A stretch of DNA of 64,000 bases, from NCBI GenBank assembly GCA_963693365.1, contig CAVNZM010000004.1, forward strand, positions 5,086,564 to 5,150,563, in the 5' to 3' direction. Below, piece by piece: positions 1 to 26,081 of the stretch. A model generated the notes under the pieces. It saw only the letters and a program-made list of their open reading frames with translations, had not been told where the DNA came from and made no database searches. The stretch comes from Amoebidium appalachense (lineage: Eukaryota; Protista; Ichthyosporea). Both the position numbers and the translations under genes were made by a program. Each line of letters opens with the position of its first letter. The first letter of the stretch is position 1.

Positions 1-139
1 GCCCTCCCTGAGGATGGGCTCTGCTTATGACGCATACTGTGCGCATGGCTGATGCTGCATACTTGAATGTTTGCCTTTGCATGTGTCCTGCACCATGCTT
101 CTCATCGTGTATGCGTACTTCGTACTGTGTTCCGCATTC

Positions 140-141
<2 letters not shown>
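1..141 (+). mobile_element. 3' end of short non-coding poly(C)-anchored retroelement, family A (cut by window edge)
   Basis: Near-identical to 8206-8347, 8658-8799 and the reverse complement of 34554-34695; ends GTACTTCGTACTGTGTTCCGCATTCAA followed directly by a ~40-nt C tract. Confidence 0.85.
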
Positions 142-181
<40 letters not shown>

Positions 182-529
182 TTCCCTCCCTTTTATTTGG
201 GGCCCGAGGGGGGGAGGGGGGGGGGGAGAGGGGGGGCGAGGGGTAAGGGGTGCAGACTGTTGGAGAGAGGACCAAGTCCGAGGAAGGAGAGATTAAGATG
301 ACAGGGCAAAAGAAAAAGGAAAAAGAAAAAGAAGGGCTCGTATGAGGAGCCAAAAAGATTAAGCATAAGTTCAGGTGGAGTGCTAATAGTAAAGGGAAGG
401 GGGAGAGGGGGAGAGGGCGAGGGAAAGGTGGGTGGGGAGGGAGGGTGTGAGAGGGAAAGGGGGGAGGGAAGGAGCCAAGGAAAGGGAGAGAGAGGCAAGG
501 CGGAGGGGGGGGGGGGGAGAGAGAGAGAG

Positions 530-560
<31 letters not shown>

Positions 561-984
561 CGCTGGATGGGGATGCGGGGAAACTGGATGGAGAGAGGGA
601 GGTGGGGAGGGAGAGAGGAGGGAGGGAGGGAGGGGGCGGAGGGGGGGGGGGAAGGAGGGGAGGGGGGGAGGAGGGGAGGGGGGGGGGGGGGGAGAAAGAT
701 GGAGATAGAGAGGGGGAGGGGGCGGAGAAGGAGATTGGGCAGTTGGGAAAAGCTGGGGAGAGGGGGGGGGGGGGGGGGGGGCGGGAGAAAGAGGGAAAGG
801 GGGGGGGGGGGGGGGGGGGGGAGGGAGGGAGAAGGGAAGGGGGGGGGGGGGGTGAGAGGGGGAAAAGGGGGAGAGTGAGAGTGGAGGGGCGAGGGAGGGG
901 AGAGGGGAAGGGGGGGGGGGGGGGGGTGAGGGGGAAAAGGGGGAGAGTGAGAGTGGAGGGGGCGAGGGAGGGGAGAGGGGGAAG

Positions 985-1015
<31 letters not shown>

Positions 1016-1672
1016 GTGAAGGGGACGGGGAGAGGGGGTGGGAACGAAGAGGGAGAGGGGGAGGGGGGAGGGGGGACGAGAAGAGTCGATCACAAAGAAA
1101 AGAAATTACTTCGAGCACAAGCATAGATATGTACACTGCAAACATGCAAAAACTGATGTAATAGAGGGACGGGGATAAAGAGAGGGACGGAGAAGAGGGG
1201 GGGGGGGGAAGGGGGAGGGGGGGGGGACACACACACACAACATTCAGCCCCTGCCTCCTGCCTCCCTCCCCCCTTCTCCGTATCTCTCTTGATCCGCGTC
1301 CCTCTATTACAGGGGGGGGGGGGGGGCAGGGGGAGAGGGACACACACACAAAACATACAACCCCTGCCCCCTTTCCCCTCCTCCTCTCCTCCCCCCCCTC
1401 CCCCGGGCGCCCCGTTTCCTTCACTCCCTGTTTTGGCCGCTAACCCTGCACTTTTCTTTCCTCCTTTTTTTTTTGGAATACATCTTCAGGTCTGTGTCGG
1501 GATTTCGCGAGATGACGTCAATATGACGTCAACTTGTGTCATATTGATGCGATGTTGTATGCCATGCTTTGCCTATGTAGGGCACCAAAAAACGGTTTTT
1601 TTTTGTTGAAGAAATTGTGTTATTTACAAATAAAGGAACGTTGGAGGTGTGCCGGCTTATTCGTTACTTTGC

Positions 1673-1717
<45 letters not shown>

Positions 1718-1810
1718 CCTCCCTCCCTCCCTCCCTCCCTCCCTCCCTCCCTCCCTCCCTCCCTCCCTCCCTCCCTCCCTCCCTCCCTCCCTCCCTCCCT
1801 CCCTCCCTCC

Positions 1811-1843
<33 letters not shown>

Positions 1844-1947
1844 CCCCCCCTCTCCCTCTCTCACACACTCTCTCTCTCGCTCTCTCTCTCTCCCCCTCTC
1901 CCTCTCCCTCCCTCCCCCCTCCCCCTCTCTCTCTCCCCAACCCCCCC

Positions 1948-2002
<55 letters not shown>

Positions 2003-2014
2003 ACACATACACAG

Positions 2015-12276
<10,262 letters not shown>

Positions 12277-12892
12277 GGGAGGTTTTTTTTTTCAACCCTT
12301 TGCACAGGTTAGGTGACGCCAGTGTGATGTCATTGGTATCCAATCGAATGCAGGTACGTGGTGTGATTGGCCATGTTTGGTTGGACAGGTGGCAGAGCGT
12401 TTGTGTAACTACTTTAATTAAGGGGGTTTCTTTCGGGCCGATTTATCGGCCTCTTTCGGGTCAGGTTCAATCATAGTGTGATATCGATGCACATCCAGCC
12501 AATCATATCGCTCATTTTCCCTTCGGGTCTGGCCCTACCCGAGTTTCTAAAAGAAAACCTCTTTGAATTTTTAAGAGGGCACTGGGAACGCTCAAGAATA
12601 TGTATAGAAATGGCATGATGTTTTATGATTAAATCAGATCAAATCCTGTTGTGCTGTGGTTCAAACAGGATATTATCATTGATTAATGTGCATGGCGATT
12701 CGCGGTCCTTTCCTCTATATCTGCGCATGAACGAGTCCCCCCTATACCCAACTTCTTCTCCTCCCCAGGTGTGCACAAACATAACCACACACACAGAGAG
12801 AGAGAGAGACACACACACACAGAGAGAGAGAGGGGGGGGGGGAGGGGGGAGAGAGAGAGAGAGTCTGGGAGAGAAGAGAGATGGGGGGGGGG

Positions 12893-12956
<64 letters not shown>

Positions 12957-14196
12957 CACGCACACGCACACCAAATATTTTGCACTCCACCCAACCCTTC
13001 AAGGCAAAACACATGTGCACACTCCCACGCATTTGTTTTTTCAAAGTTTTTTTTTTTTTTTTTTGTGTGGGGGGGAGGGGGGGGATGGGAAGGACGGGGG
13101 GGGGGGGGGGGAGGGGGGTAAGGTTTATTATGCCGATCGTTGAGTGTTCGAGTCACTGGATGTGGCGTTGCTCTGATGATCATATGTCTAGATCTTTTAC
13201 AGTGTTGTACATGTGGCATGACAAAGTTTGCCAGTAGTGCATATGGCCATGGGTTTCACAGTGTGTGCCACCATGAGTGTCTGTGATACTGTGTGCATGT
13301 GCATAACTTGATGTGTGACCGTGACGGTGTGTGGAGACGTATGCGTGTGCACTCGTGTGCTGTGACACTTTGTGTGTGCGCACGTGTGTGTGTACATGTG
13401 TGTGTGTGCGTGTGTGTGTGTGTGTGTGTGTGCGTACATGTGTATGTGTATGTGTGCGCGCGCGGGCACGTGCACTGACGCATGTGCGTGTGAGCACACG
13501 AAGCGCCAGGGGGGGAGGGGGGGGCAGACGTCACAGTGCACCCCGCTGTGCCATAAAAAGGATATCATCGATATCATTGTGTAGGAGTTGCCGTGGTCAC
13601 ATGAGTGTACAATGGTATGTGGGTGGGTGTTGTGTCCATTTTGCTTACTGAAACATAACTCGACGACCTGGGCATGCGCATGCCTGTGTGTGCCAGTCCA
13701 CAGTGCAGCACGTGCCCGGGCCTCAAGTTAGTATGTAGCACGTCGACGCCATCATATATATGTTCAAACTTTATGATATATATCAACTTTCATGATGTAT
13801 GCCGGCAGTGAATGGGGGACTTGTTAGTAATACGATGCGACCCTGCATAATTGTCACTGAAATCATAGTACACTGTCAGTACACAAGAGTTTCTCGTGTG
13901 TCTACTTGGCAGACATGTACACACTGTCGCTCTGCCCGAGGAGAAAATCATCTTGAAAATTTTGATAATTTTTAAGAAAGTGTCCGGGGCCGGGACGGGA
14001 GGGGGTAAGGAAAGGAGGGAGGCCCCATCATGTCGGAGAGATTTTCTTCCTCCCTATGTTTTTTGGAGACAACCCGGAGGGACATGTTCAAATTTAAAGA
14101 TGGCTCTGGGGGAGATATGTAGGCTATATATATAGGGAGAGAGGAGGTGATCATTGTTCGTGACATGAGGGGAAGCGGAGGGGGTGGGAGGGAGAG

Positions 14197-14239
<43 letters not shown>

Positions 14240-14520
14240 GGTAATGGAGACTAGAGAGCGAGATTTATTATGAAACACTCGACGTGGCGGCTCCGGATAC
14301 AGAGATCTATCTAGAGAGAGATCCAGAGAGGGGTCGAGAGAGAGAGGGTGGCTAAGAGGAGAGACAGAGCCTCGCGGAGTGAGAGAGATCTATAATTAGA
14401 TGGGGAGCCTCGGGGGGGAGGTGGAGGGGAGGGGTAGAGCGATGTCAAGAGAGAGAGGGGGGGGATTCGGGGAGCCAATTCGCCTCAGGGAGAGAGAGAG
14501 AGAGAGTGAGAGGGATATAT

Positions 14521-14590
<70 letters not shown>

Positions 14591-14604
14591 AGACAGACAG
14601 ATAG

Positions 14605-14651
<47 letters not shown>

Positions 14652-14714
14652 GAGAGAGAGAGCGAGATATATATATCGAGATATATGTATATCATAAAGT
14701 ATATATATAAATAT

Positions 14715-14828
<114 letters not shown>

Positions 14829-15499
14829 TGGCCTCCTCGGGCGGGAGCGCAAAGACGGATGTCTTTAAAAAAGATATACATAAAGCATGTAAAAATATGC
14901 ACGGCAATGTCCCGCTACAAGTATGGTTACGTGTTAGACTCTCTCTCTTTCTCACACACTCTCTCTTTCTCTCTCCCCGATGGCATCGCTTCCAATGAAT
15001 AGTACATTGCGAGCGAGCCTCCTGATTGGCTTCACACTCTGATTGGCTGCACATTAGCTACAGAAAGTAGGGTACCGTTTTCGCACCCGATCTATGCAAT
15101 ATCTCAGCTCCCGATAGAGATAAACGGATACTTTCTTTTTGTCGGAGTAAGAATATCATGTAAATCTTTAGTTATTAAAATAAAAAACAACGCTTCTGGT
15201 CTAATTTATTAACAGAAACATGAAAAGCAAATGCTGCCAAGATCTCCCATTAACCGAACACCTCGATCTTCACAACTATTGGTTACATATCATATGTTTA
15301 CTTGTCGGCTTGTGAATGATGGCTCTATGTCGACATTCCGGAACCAATCGACTTCAGTTTCCGCACTTACTTACGTCAGGAATGGATCTTGCCAGAGCCA
15401 ATGAAATCATCCGATCTGGTGTTCGGTTAAATATGTTGAACAGTCGTCTTGATCCTGGAGATTTAGCGCCGCCATGACCTGAAAGATTTAGCGAACATA

Positions 15500-16440
15500 A
15501 ATGTAGGCCTATACAATATATAGTTAGCTTATAAATTCCTAGCCTGTCGCAATACCTTGATTCTCCATCGCCCTACTATAGAGAGTTATGCTCTTGGCAC
15601 CGTCCTTCTCATTGGTAGTTGCATTCAGTTACCATTATTAGAGTTACCATAATTAGATTACGAACCCGTGTTACCATTATTGGAGTTATGCCATAATCAG
15701 ATTGCGAGCCCTGTACTTGATTTCTATTGGTTGATGCTTTAGATCCGCAAAGGTATATAAAGCACGCACTCGAGCTCAGTCATCCAGTGAGCAGTTAAGT
15801 TGGCAAACAAGTAAACAGTAAGCAACAAGTCACTTCAAGTCTACAAGTCAGCCAGCCAACACAGTCATCACGCCGCCGCCAGCCGAGTCATCTACAAGTG
15901 CCGTCTACATCAAGTGGCCCCTTCAACACTTCCGCGAAGAGACGCTAGGGTTGCATCTACGACAAGTGGCCAGGCCAAGGGCATGCTACGACTGATATAT
16001 GACTGACTGCTGATGCTGCTACACACACATACACATATTCGATTCTACACTAGCTAGAACTAATCATGCTTTAGCACAACCTTATATAGACTCTAGACTC
16101 TAGCATAGTACACTATATTAATATTACTGCCTTTTCGCTATAGTCTAAGAGTTATACACAATATTCGAAATCACTCTCTCATACAAGGTCATGTATATAT
16201 ATAACGAACAGCCTAGGATAAAATGGATTATTGTCCAGCCTTAGCCACGCGCAGAACCTTTTACATGTACCATTGTGTCATGTAGCCTGCCGAGGCAAGC
16301 CTAGGGCCTACGAGCTGAATAAATACCCAAGTAAGGCTTCTAAGTCCTGTCTCATGCAAAGTTTTTCTCTCTGCAATGTCCATTCATTTATAAGTTAGGA
16401 GCACAAGGCACACACTCACTTATAATTATGATGGCCCCGC
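15500..16440 (+). mobile_element. Possible solo LTR / retroelement terminal sequence
   Basis: Microsatellite-free non-coding block starting TGTAGG (~15502), with an internal ~42-bp duplication (GTTACCATTATT... at ~15628 and ~15670), ATTGG, TATATAAA (~15754), TCAGT and AATAAA (~16318). No partner LTR or target-site duplication seen; boundaries approximate. Confidence 0.3.
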
Positions 16441-16707
16441 ACACATAATTATTTGTTTACACGCTTCCACACAGTGTCACTTTCTTATCGCGCCTCATCG
16501 CTGCCTTCCTCCTCGGCACCACTGGTAGTTTTACATATATTTGTATGACTCCTGGAACAGCCACCCCTAGTAGTACGGTGTCGACGTCACCTCTGGGCCA
16601 CACATCACAAAGTTACATGTGTGGTATATACACACCAGAGCCCCATTATGATAGTAGCGTGGCTCGCTGCTTCGCGGGAGACGGAGAAAGTCACGATCTC
16701 TAGACTG

Positions 16708-17043
16708 CACACTCACGCACACCGATCTTCCCCCCCTCCTAGCTCCTAGCTTTCACACAGACACCCCACGTGACCGTCTCAGACTCTCTGTCTTCAACTC
16801 CAACTAACTAAATGAGATGACGATCAGATGCTACCAGAGAGAACATAGCCTATGATTTGATATCATCCTGCCGGAGTCGATACTGGGAGCGGCCTCGGAT
16901 TTGGGAGATCTAGAGAGAGATTACTTAATAAATTTAGTCAGTTAACGTTGGAGTTGAAGACAGAGAGTCTGAGACGCGGTCACGTGGTGTGTGTATGAAA
17001 GCTAGGAGCTAGGAGGGGGGAAAGATCGGTGTGCGTGAGTGTG
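16708..17043. repeat. ~105-bp imperfect inverted repeat with ~120-bp spacer
   Basis: 16708-16813 (CACACTCACGCACACCGATCTT...CTTCAACTCCAAC) is the reverse complement of 16932-17043 with a few indels. Confidence 0.85.
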
Positions 17044-17934
17044 TGTGTGCGAAATGCAAAAACACCACCATATACCCACCATTCGTAGAAAGAAAAGTAT
17101 GGCTCCCCAAAAACCCAAGACACCAACAAATACACCCCCCACACACACCCGGCCAGCCTGTTCTGACTGCCGGAACACACGCAGACGTCGACCCAGTGTG
17201 ACCTGTAAAACCCACCTTTTAGTCCACAAAAACATTGCCACAGCATACGTACAACAACACATAATGCTAGGCAGCAACCCCACGCCACCACCAACACCAC
17301 ACCCCATCATCCACCCATACCCACCGTAAATACTATACACAACACTTAGGACTTCCCAATACTGTAGATCGACCAATGAGAGCCCTCGGTTAACGTTTTT
17401 TGCTAGGTTTTGAATGGAGGGGAGGACTGGAGCCTCCTGCCGGCGTGGCTGGGGTAGTAGCCCTGGGCAAATTGTGTACTTATAGTTAGGTTGTGAAGGA
17501 TGGTTTAGCTAAGTTAGCTGAACTCACTCATAGATAGCACCTTAACTAGTGTACTGTCGGTGCTGTGTGGTAGACGGTAGTTTCCCTAGAGGGCCCTCCG
17601 GGAACAAAACGTGGTAAAATAATAACAATAATAATAATAATAATAAAAATGAGTGTGTGTGTGCGTGTTTTATGTTTGTTTGTTTTTGTGTGTGTGGGGG
17701 GGGGAGGGGGGGGGGGAGTTTGGGGGGGGGGGGGGGGGGGGGGGGGAGCATCATATGGATTGTGGGATGGTGCACTGCACGTGGCCTGGCCACGAGGGGA
17801 AAGCCATTCTGCGTCGGGTGGATGGGTGGCGTGGGATGGGGATGGGTGTTTGGGGGATGGGGTGCCAGTTGTGGGGTTGTTGTTGTTGGTGGTGGTGGTG
17901 GTGGTGGTAGTGGTGGTAGTGGTGGTGGTGGTGT

Positions 17935-17972
<38 letters not shown>

Positions 17973-18389
17973 TGGATGATGAAACTGTGGGAAAACAAAA
18001 CAGATCACGTGAGTCGTGATGTGATTCACTATGTTTTGATATCCAATCTAAGCTTCGAGTGAACTTTAGGCCTCATTTACACGATTGCCAAACTGCCGAA
18101 CAGCCATAGATAGTGCCGCGCGTGGCCGAGTGACTCCGCCGAGGCTCCAAGCTTTATATCATGGTCATATGCATGCATGTATGTGGTGCAATTGCACGCG
18201 CAACGGTGATCAATAGAGTTTCGAGCTGCAAAATTCAATATCAAGCCTTCTATGACTATATTAATTCAGTAGTCGATTTTTCTACATCTTTGGGTTATCA
18301 ATCTATTAATGGTTGTACATAGCAAATAGAATTGTTCATGACTCACTGATTCAATTGAAAGTTTTAGAATGGCGAATCAAACTTTAAAA

Positions 18390-18640
18390 AACACCCTATT
18401 GGCTAAAGTTTTCCGTCAATAGGATATCAGAAAATCTTCATGGTGTAGGGGGACACTGTTGTGGTGCCGCTTTAGCCAATCAAAAAGCAGCATTGCTTCC
18501 CGATTTAAGAGGCAAACTTCGGCACCAGGGCTTATCTGAGTCAAGCGAGTTGATTGGTTGGCTGAATAGGCCAGGGCTATATAAATATGTGATATTGAAC
18601 GATTTATTTGGTATTTGCATTCAGTCCGCCAATCACTGTA
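18390..18640 (+). promoter_or_regulatory. Putative Pol II promoter upstream of the GATA gene
   Basis: Four CCAAT/ATTGG boxes (18398, 18476, 18553, 18629), TATATAAA at 18578, Inr-like TCAGT at 18621, and a GATA site CTTATCT at 18531; ~1 kb upstream of the ATG, which is preceded by a CAG acceptor at 19585-19587. Confidence 0.4.
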
Positions 18641-19593
18641 GTTCCTGTCCTCTTGGTTCACCTATCAACTGCCTTTCTCAGACCGTTGTAGTGCCAGCAA
18701 GATTAGCAATCGCTTTTCTTGCTGCAAATTTTTGCTGGATATAGAGGGCTTGCATATCTACTGGCCGTATTTCCTTCCAGGTTTACGATTATGCAAAAAC
18801 CTATATTTCCTTCCAGTTTTACACTCAAATAGAGTCTTTTTATACCCTTTTGGTACATATAATAAGCAAAGAATTATAAGAGGACGCTTGACGGAAACGC
18901 TTTACAATAAGTCATAAATAGTGTGCTTTGTCGTGCACATAGAGTAGGCTGCCATGCCTTATGTACACGCTCGAAGGGTCATAGTTGGGTTTTTTTGTAG
19001 ATATACCTACGCGTAAATTATATCTGTCAGCTAGGTCTGCAACAGATGAGATCATGCGGAACAGTCATAATGGCCGACACGCCCGGAGTGTACAGTGAGA
19101 GTGTGCAGGAGACTTTGTCTTTTATGATTTTTCTACTATACATAAGTAGCCTCATAGCGCATATGTTCTACTTTACGGTCCGCGCACATAAATATTGCTA
19201 ACGTAAGCTCATATGTAGACACATCAAACCGTATCTGCCTTAGCTTACGTTCTGTTGAGTTTGTCCTTTGGAGTCCCCTCTTCTCGAGTCATACGATAGA
19301 AAACTGGAGTTGTGTAAATGCACACGCATGCCCAGATGATGGTGCTTTGCAAATGTTCTGAATTTCACACGTAGACACGTGTTTGCAAGCTCATCGAATA
19401 TGTCCACATGATCCATCTTTTTATAACAAAGGAAACGTGTTTTTATTAGCATGCCTCGCTAGTTTCGGTTGCTAACATGTACTCATCCTTGCACCATTGC
19501 TTCAGGAACACCAATATTCACACTACATACACGGAGTTCAAACCAGTAGAACACTGCATTTATGCGTCTAGCCACCTGTTTTGCCAGGTTAGG

Positions 19594-22621
<3,028 letters not shown>

Positions 22622-22996
22622 CACGATTGCCGCGGATCGACGCCAAGGGAGGCTGCCAATGGTATTGAGACCGAATCCGATTTGCATTCCGCTGACTAAG
22701 AGGATTTCCGACCCGAATGGAATGTGTTAGCAGCCCAAAAAGCCAAAGCCGACACATTGGTCGACCCGGTATGGCCTCATTGTGGGATCGACCCTTTAAA
22801 ATTGAAAATCGATTAGGCACTACACGCAGCCTGTTGGCGATCGACCATCTTTTGTTGCATGAATCATTATTTATGCATAACATTTAAATACACGTAGGTA
22901 TCTTACATTCTGCAGGGAGATGTGTGATATAGAAATCCCCCACCCTCAGGCCATTCATAGACGCAACCAGAGAGAGAGACCCTCTCACACACGTGG

Positions 22997-23072
<76 letters not shown>

Positions 23073-23224
23073 TCAGCCCGACCTCTTCCTTTCCTCCTGC
23101 CCCCTTCCTTACATTTTTCACTAGTTTAGTTTCACTTTCAATGTTTTCTTCTGTTTCATATTCTTTACTTTGAAATTCTTTGCACTTAAATCTTGTGCTC
23201 TGTAAGACACGGCCGTTTTTTTTT

Positions 23225-23266
<42 letters not shown>

Positions 23267-23491
23267 TGTGTGGGGGGGGGGGGGGGGGGGGGGGGTGCGG
23301 GCTTTTTCTGGAGCATCAGTAATGGAAGCAAATTGTGTATGTATTCTAGTTATACTTGTTCTTTCAAAACTCTAGCCCCACCGGTGGTAGATGTCCTGTA
23401 TAGTCAGAATATTTCAGTTGTTTGTATATGAAAGGCAAAAATTGCCCACTTGTAACCTATGTTGTGTGATACCTGAGGCTTAGTTACAGTG

Positions 23492-23591
<100 letters not shown>

Positions 23592-23738
23592 CCCCCCTCC
23601 CCCCCCCCCCCCCCCCCCCCCCCCCCTTCCCTCTCCCCCCCCCCCCCCCCCCCCCCTCTGTTTCAGTGCTTGTATGATTGCTTTCCGATCAAGTGCAGCC
23701 TTGATATGATCAGAAGTTTTGAATTGGCAACAAGGGAT

Positions 23739-23775
<37 letters not shown>

Positions 23776-24499
23776 GCCGCGGGAGGAGAGGGGGGGGGGG
23801 GGGGGGGGGGGGGGTCAGTGTACTGTAGTATACGTAATCTACCAGTGTCGATTCCGTAAGGATCTGCTTTCGAAATGTACTCGTATGCCGTGCGGTAAAA
23901 ACGTTTTTTTAAGTATTTTTGTATTTTTCATGTAACCTAATCATGAACTTCAATCGGATAGCCAGATGGTGTTGTGCGCCATTGTCATCAATTGCAAAGA
24001 GAGTACGTCGAGTACTCAAAGCAAATTTAACGACCTGTACAACAGACCTCTCCCGATATATTTTCACTGAGTAACCATCTAACCTCGAATGTGGCTTGAC
24101 TAAGATTACTCCTACTTTTTAACTTGTTTTATTGATTATAAAAACTGTTGTGTTGCGCCAAAACTTCCCCTCGGATTTCCATATCTGGCTAATCGGTGTG
24201 ATCGCGCGCCGCAATGATTATTGGTCCCGTGACAAAATTTATTGCGATACTAAAAAACAACGGTTCAAGCTCAAAGTAAGGCTTTGGGTTCAGGACCTTT
24301 TGGAGACTATCATACCGATATTACTCCCGGGGTCACGAGAGGAGGTGGAGAGTGTGAAAGAAGGGGGGGAGGGGAGGGGGGGGGGGGGGGGGGGGGGGAA
24401 GGGGCGCCCGGAGGGAGGGGGGGGGGGGCAGACCAGGTACCTCCTGCTCGGGGTTCATTGCAGAGCTTCCCCACCCCCCTCCCCCTCCTCCCCCCTCCC

Positions 24500-24530
<31 letters not shown>

Positions 24531-24833
24531 ACACACACACAGACTGATGCCAGTGCCTTCCTCTCCCCATGACCCAAATAATTCATTTGGCGAGTTGTAG
24601 GCCGCTTTCCAAAAGAAGGGACTCATCTGTTCCGACATATGGCACCTGTCAGGGGGAACAGCCGGGACCGGGGTCTCACTCCCCCTTCCCCCCCCCTCCC
24701 CCCCCCCCCCTTCCTCCCCCCTCTCTTCCCCCCCCCTCCCCCCAAATAGTTATCAGTAGTGGTGTGCACGTCACACTTAACGTTGGGATGTGTGTGCGTT
24801 TGTGAACGTTTGAGTCCGTAAAGGTGCGTGCAC

Positions 24834-24914
<81 letters not shown>

Positions 24915-25962
24915 ACATAGCAGTTCTCCAGCAGTTCTTCACTGCAGGAGCAGGCCGCATAGTGAGGAAGTGCAGTGATTGTGACACTGGGGTTGTGTGA
25001 TTGCTCGAGGGGGGTTGTGGGGGAAATTCTTGGAGTTCAACGGTGGATGGGAAGAATACAAGGGTGGGTGGGTGGTGGTGGTGGTGGTGGTGGTGTGGGG
25101 GGGGAGGGGGGGGGGGGGGGGACTGGGGGGGGCTGGGGCTGCAGGCCACTGTAAAACATTTTTGAAATTGTTCACCGGAATATTGCCTTAAGTTATTAGG
25201 GGGTAACTATTATATTCAACCAGATTTAGACACCCTAAGGCCCGCGAGAGGCGACAAGGAGCGCATTTGGACAAAGGGCCCCCCCAGGGGATGGATGGGT
25301 GGTTGGGGAAGGGGAGGAGGGGAGGGGCGCCCGGGGGGGGGGGGGGAGGGGGGGGGGGGGGGGGTTGTTGTCCATTTAGTACTGCAGTAAGGCTTTGTTT
25401 AGGAAGTCATTGACTTGATTTCCGAATTGCAAAGATCGCTTGATTAGAGCTCTAACCTGCTGGGCCCAAGAGATAAAACACCGTGATTGACATAAAGCCG
25501 CGGGGGAGGGGGGAGGGGGGGGGAGGAGGAGAGGGGAGGAAGGGGAAGCGGAAAGGGGGGGAAAGGGGGGGAGGGGGAGCCCTACGTGCCCCCCCCATCC
25601 CCCCCCCCCCACCCACCGTAGGCCCCCCACCCCCCCACCCCCCTCCCCCCGTCTAGACGGGTGCAACTGCCCGTACCCCATATCCCCCCTTCCCCCCTCC
25701 CTGCCCCCTTCGTTCCCCAAAAGAGAAGGGGGGAAGCCACGTGCATACACTCATATGCATCTCATATCTGTATTGTAGCTGGGAAGGAGGGGCCCCGGGC
25801 TGGGGGACCAACCATTCAGTGTGGCACCCGCGGAGCATGTGCCAGGTGGCCATGATCTCGACTTTCTCTCTCCCTCTCTCTCACTCACTCTCACTCTCTC
25901 TCTCTCAGTCTCTCTCTCTCTCTCTCTCCCCGATCTCTCTCTCTCTCTCCCCCTCCCTCTGA

Positions 25963-26010
<48 letters not shown>

Positions 26011-26046
26011 CTCTCTCTCTCTCTCGACTCTCTCTCTCTCCGACTC

Positions 26047-26081
<35 letters not shown>

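Noticed and set aside
1510-1535. Tandem TGACGTCA (CRE) sites as the hydrolase promoter
   Set aside because: The first coding exon could not be located and the region may be intronic, so the assignment is unsupported.
138-2010. Long Pro/Gly/Arg-Glu/His-Thr/Cys-Val-rich ORFs here and throughout the window
   Set aside because: They are translations of (C)n, (GA)n and (CA)n tracts that lack stop codons and are open in several frames on both strands; some blocks also look like low-quality consensus.
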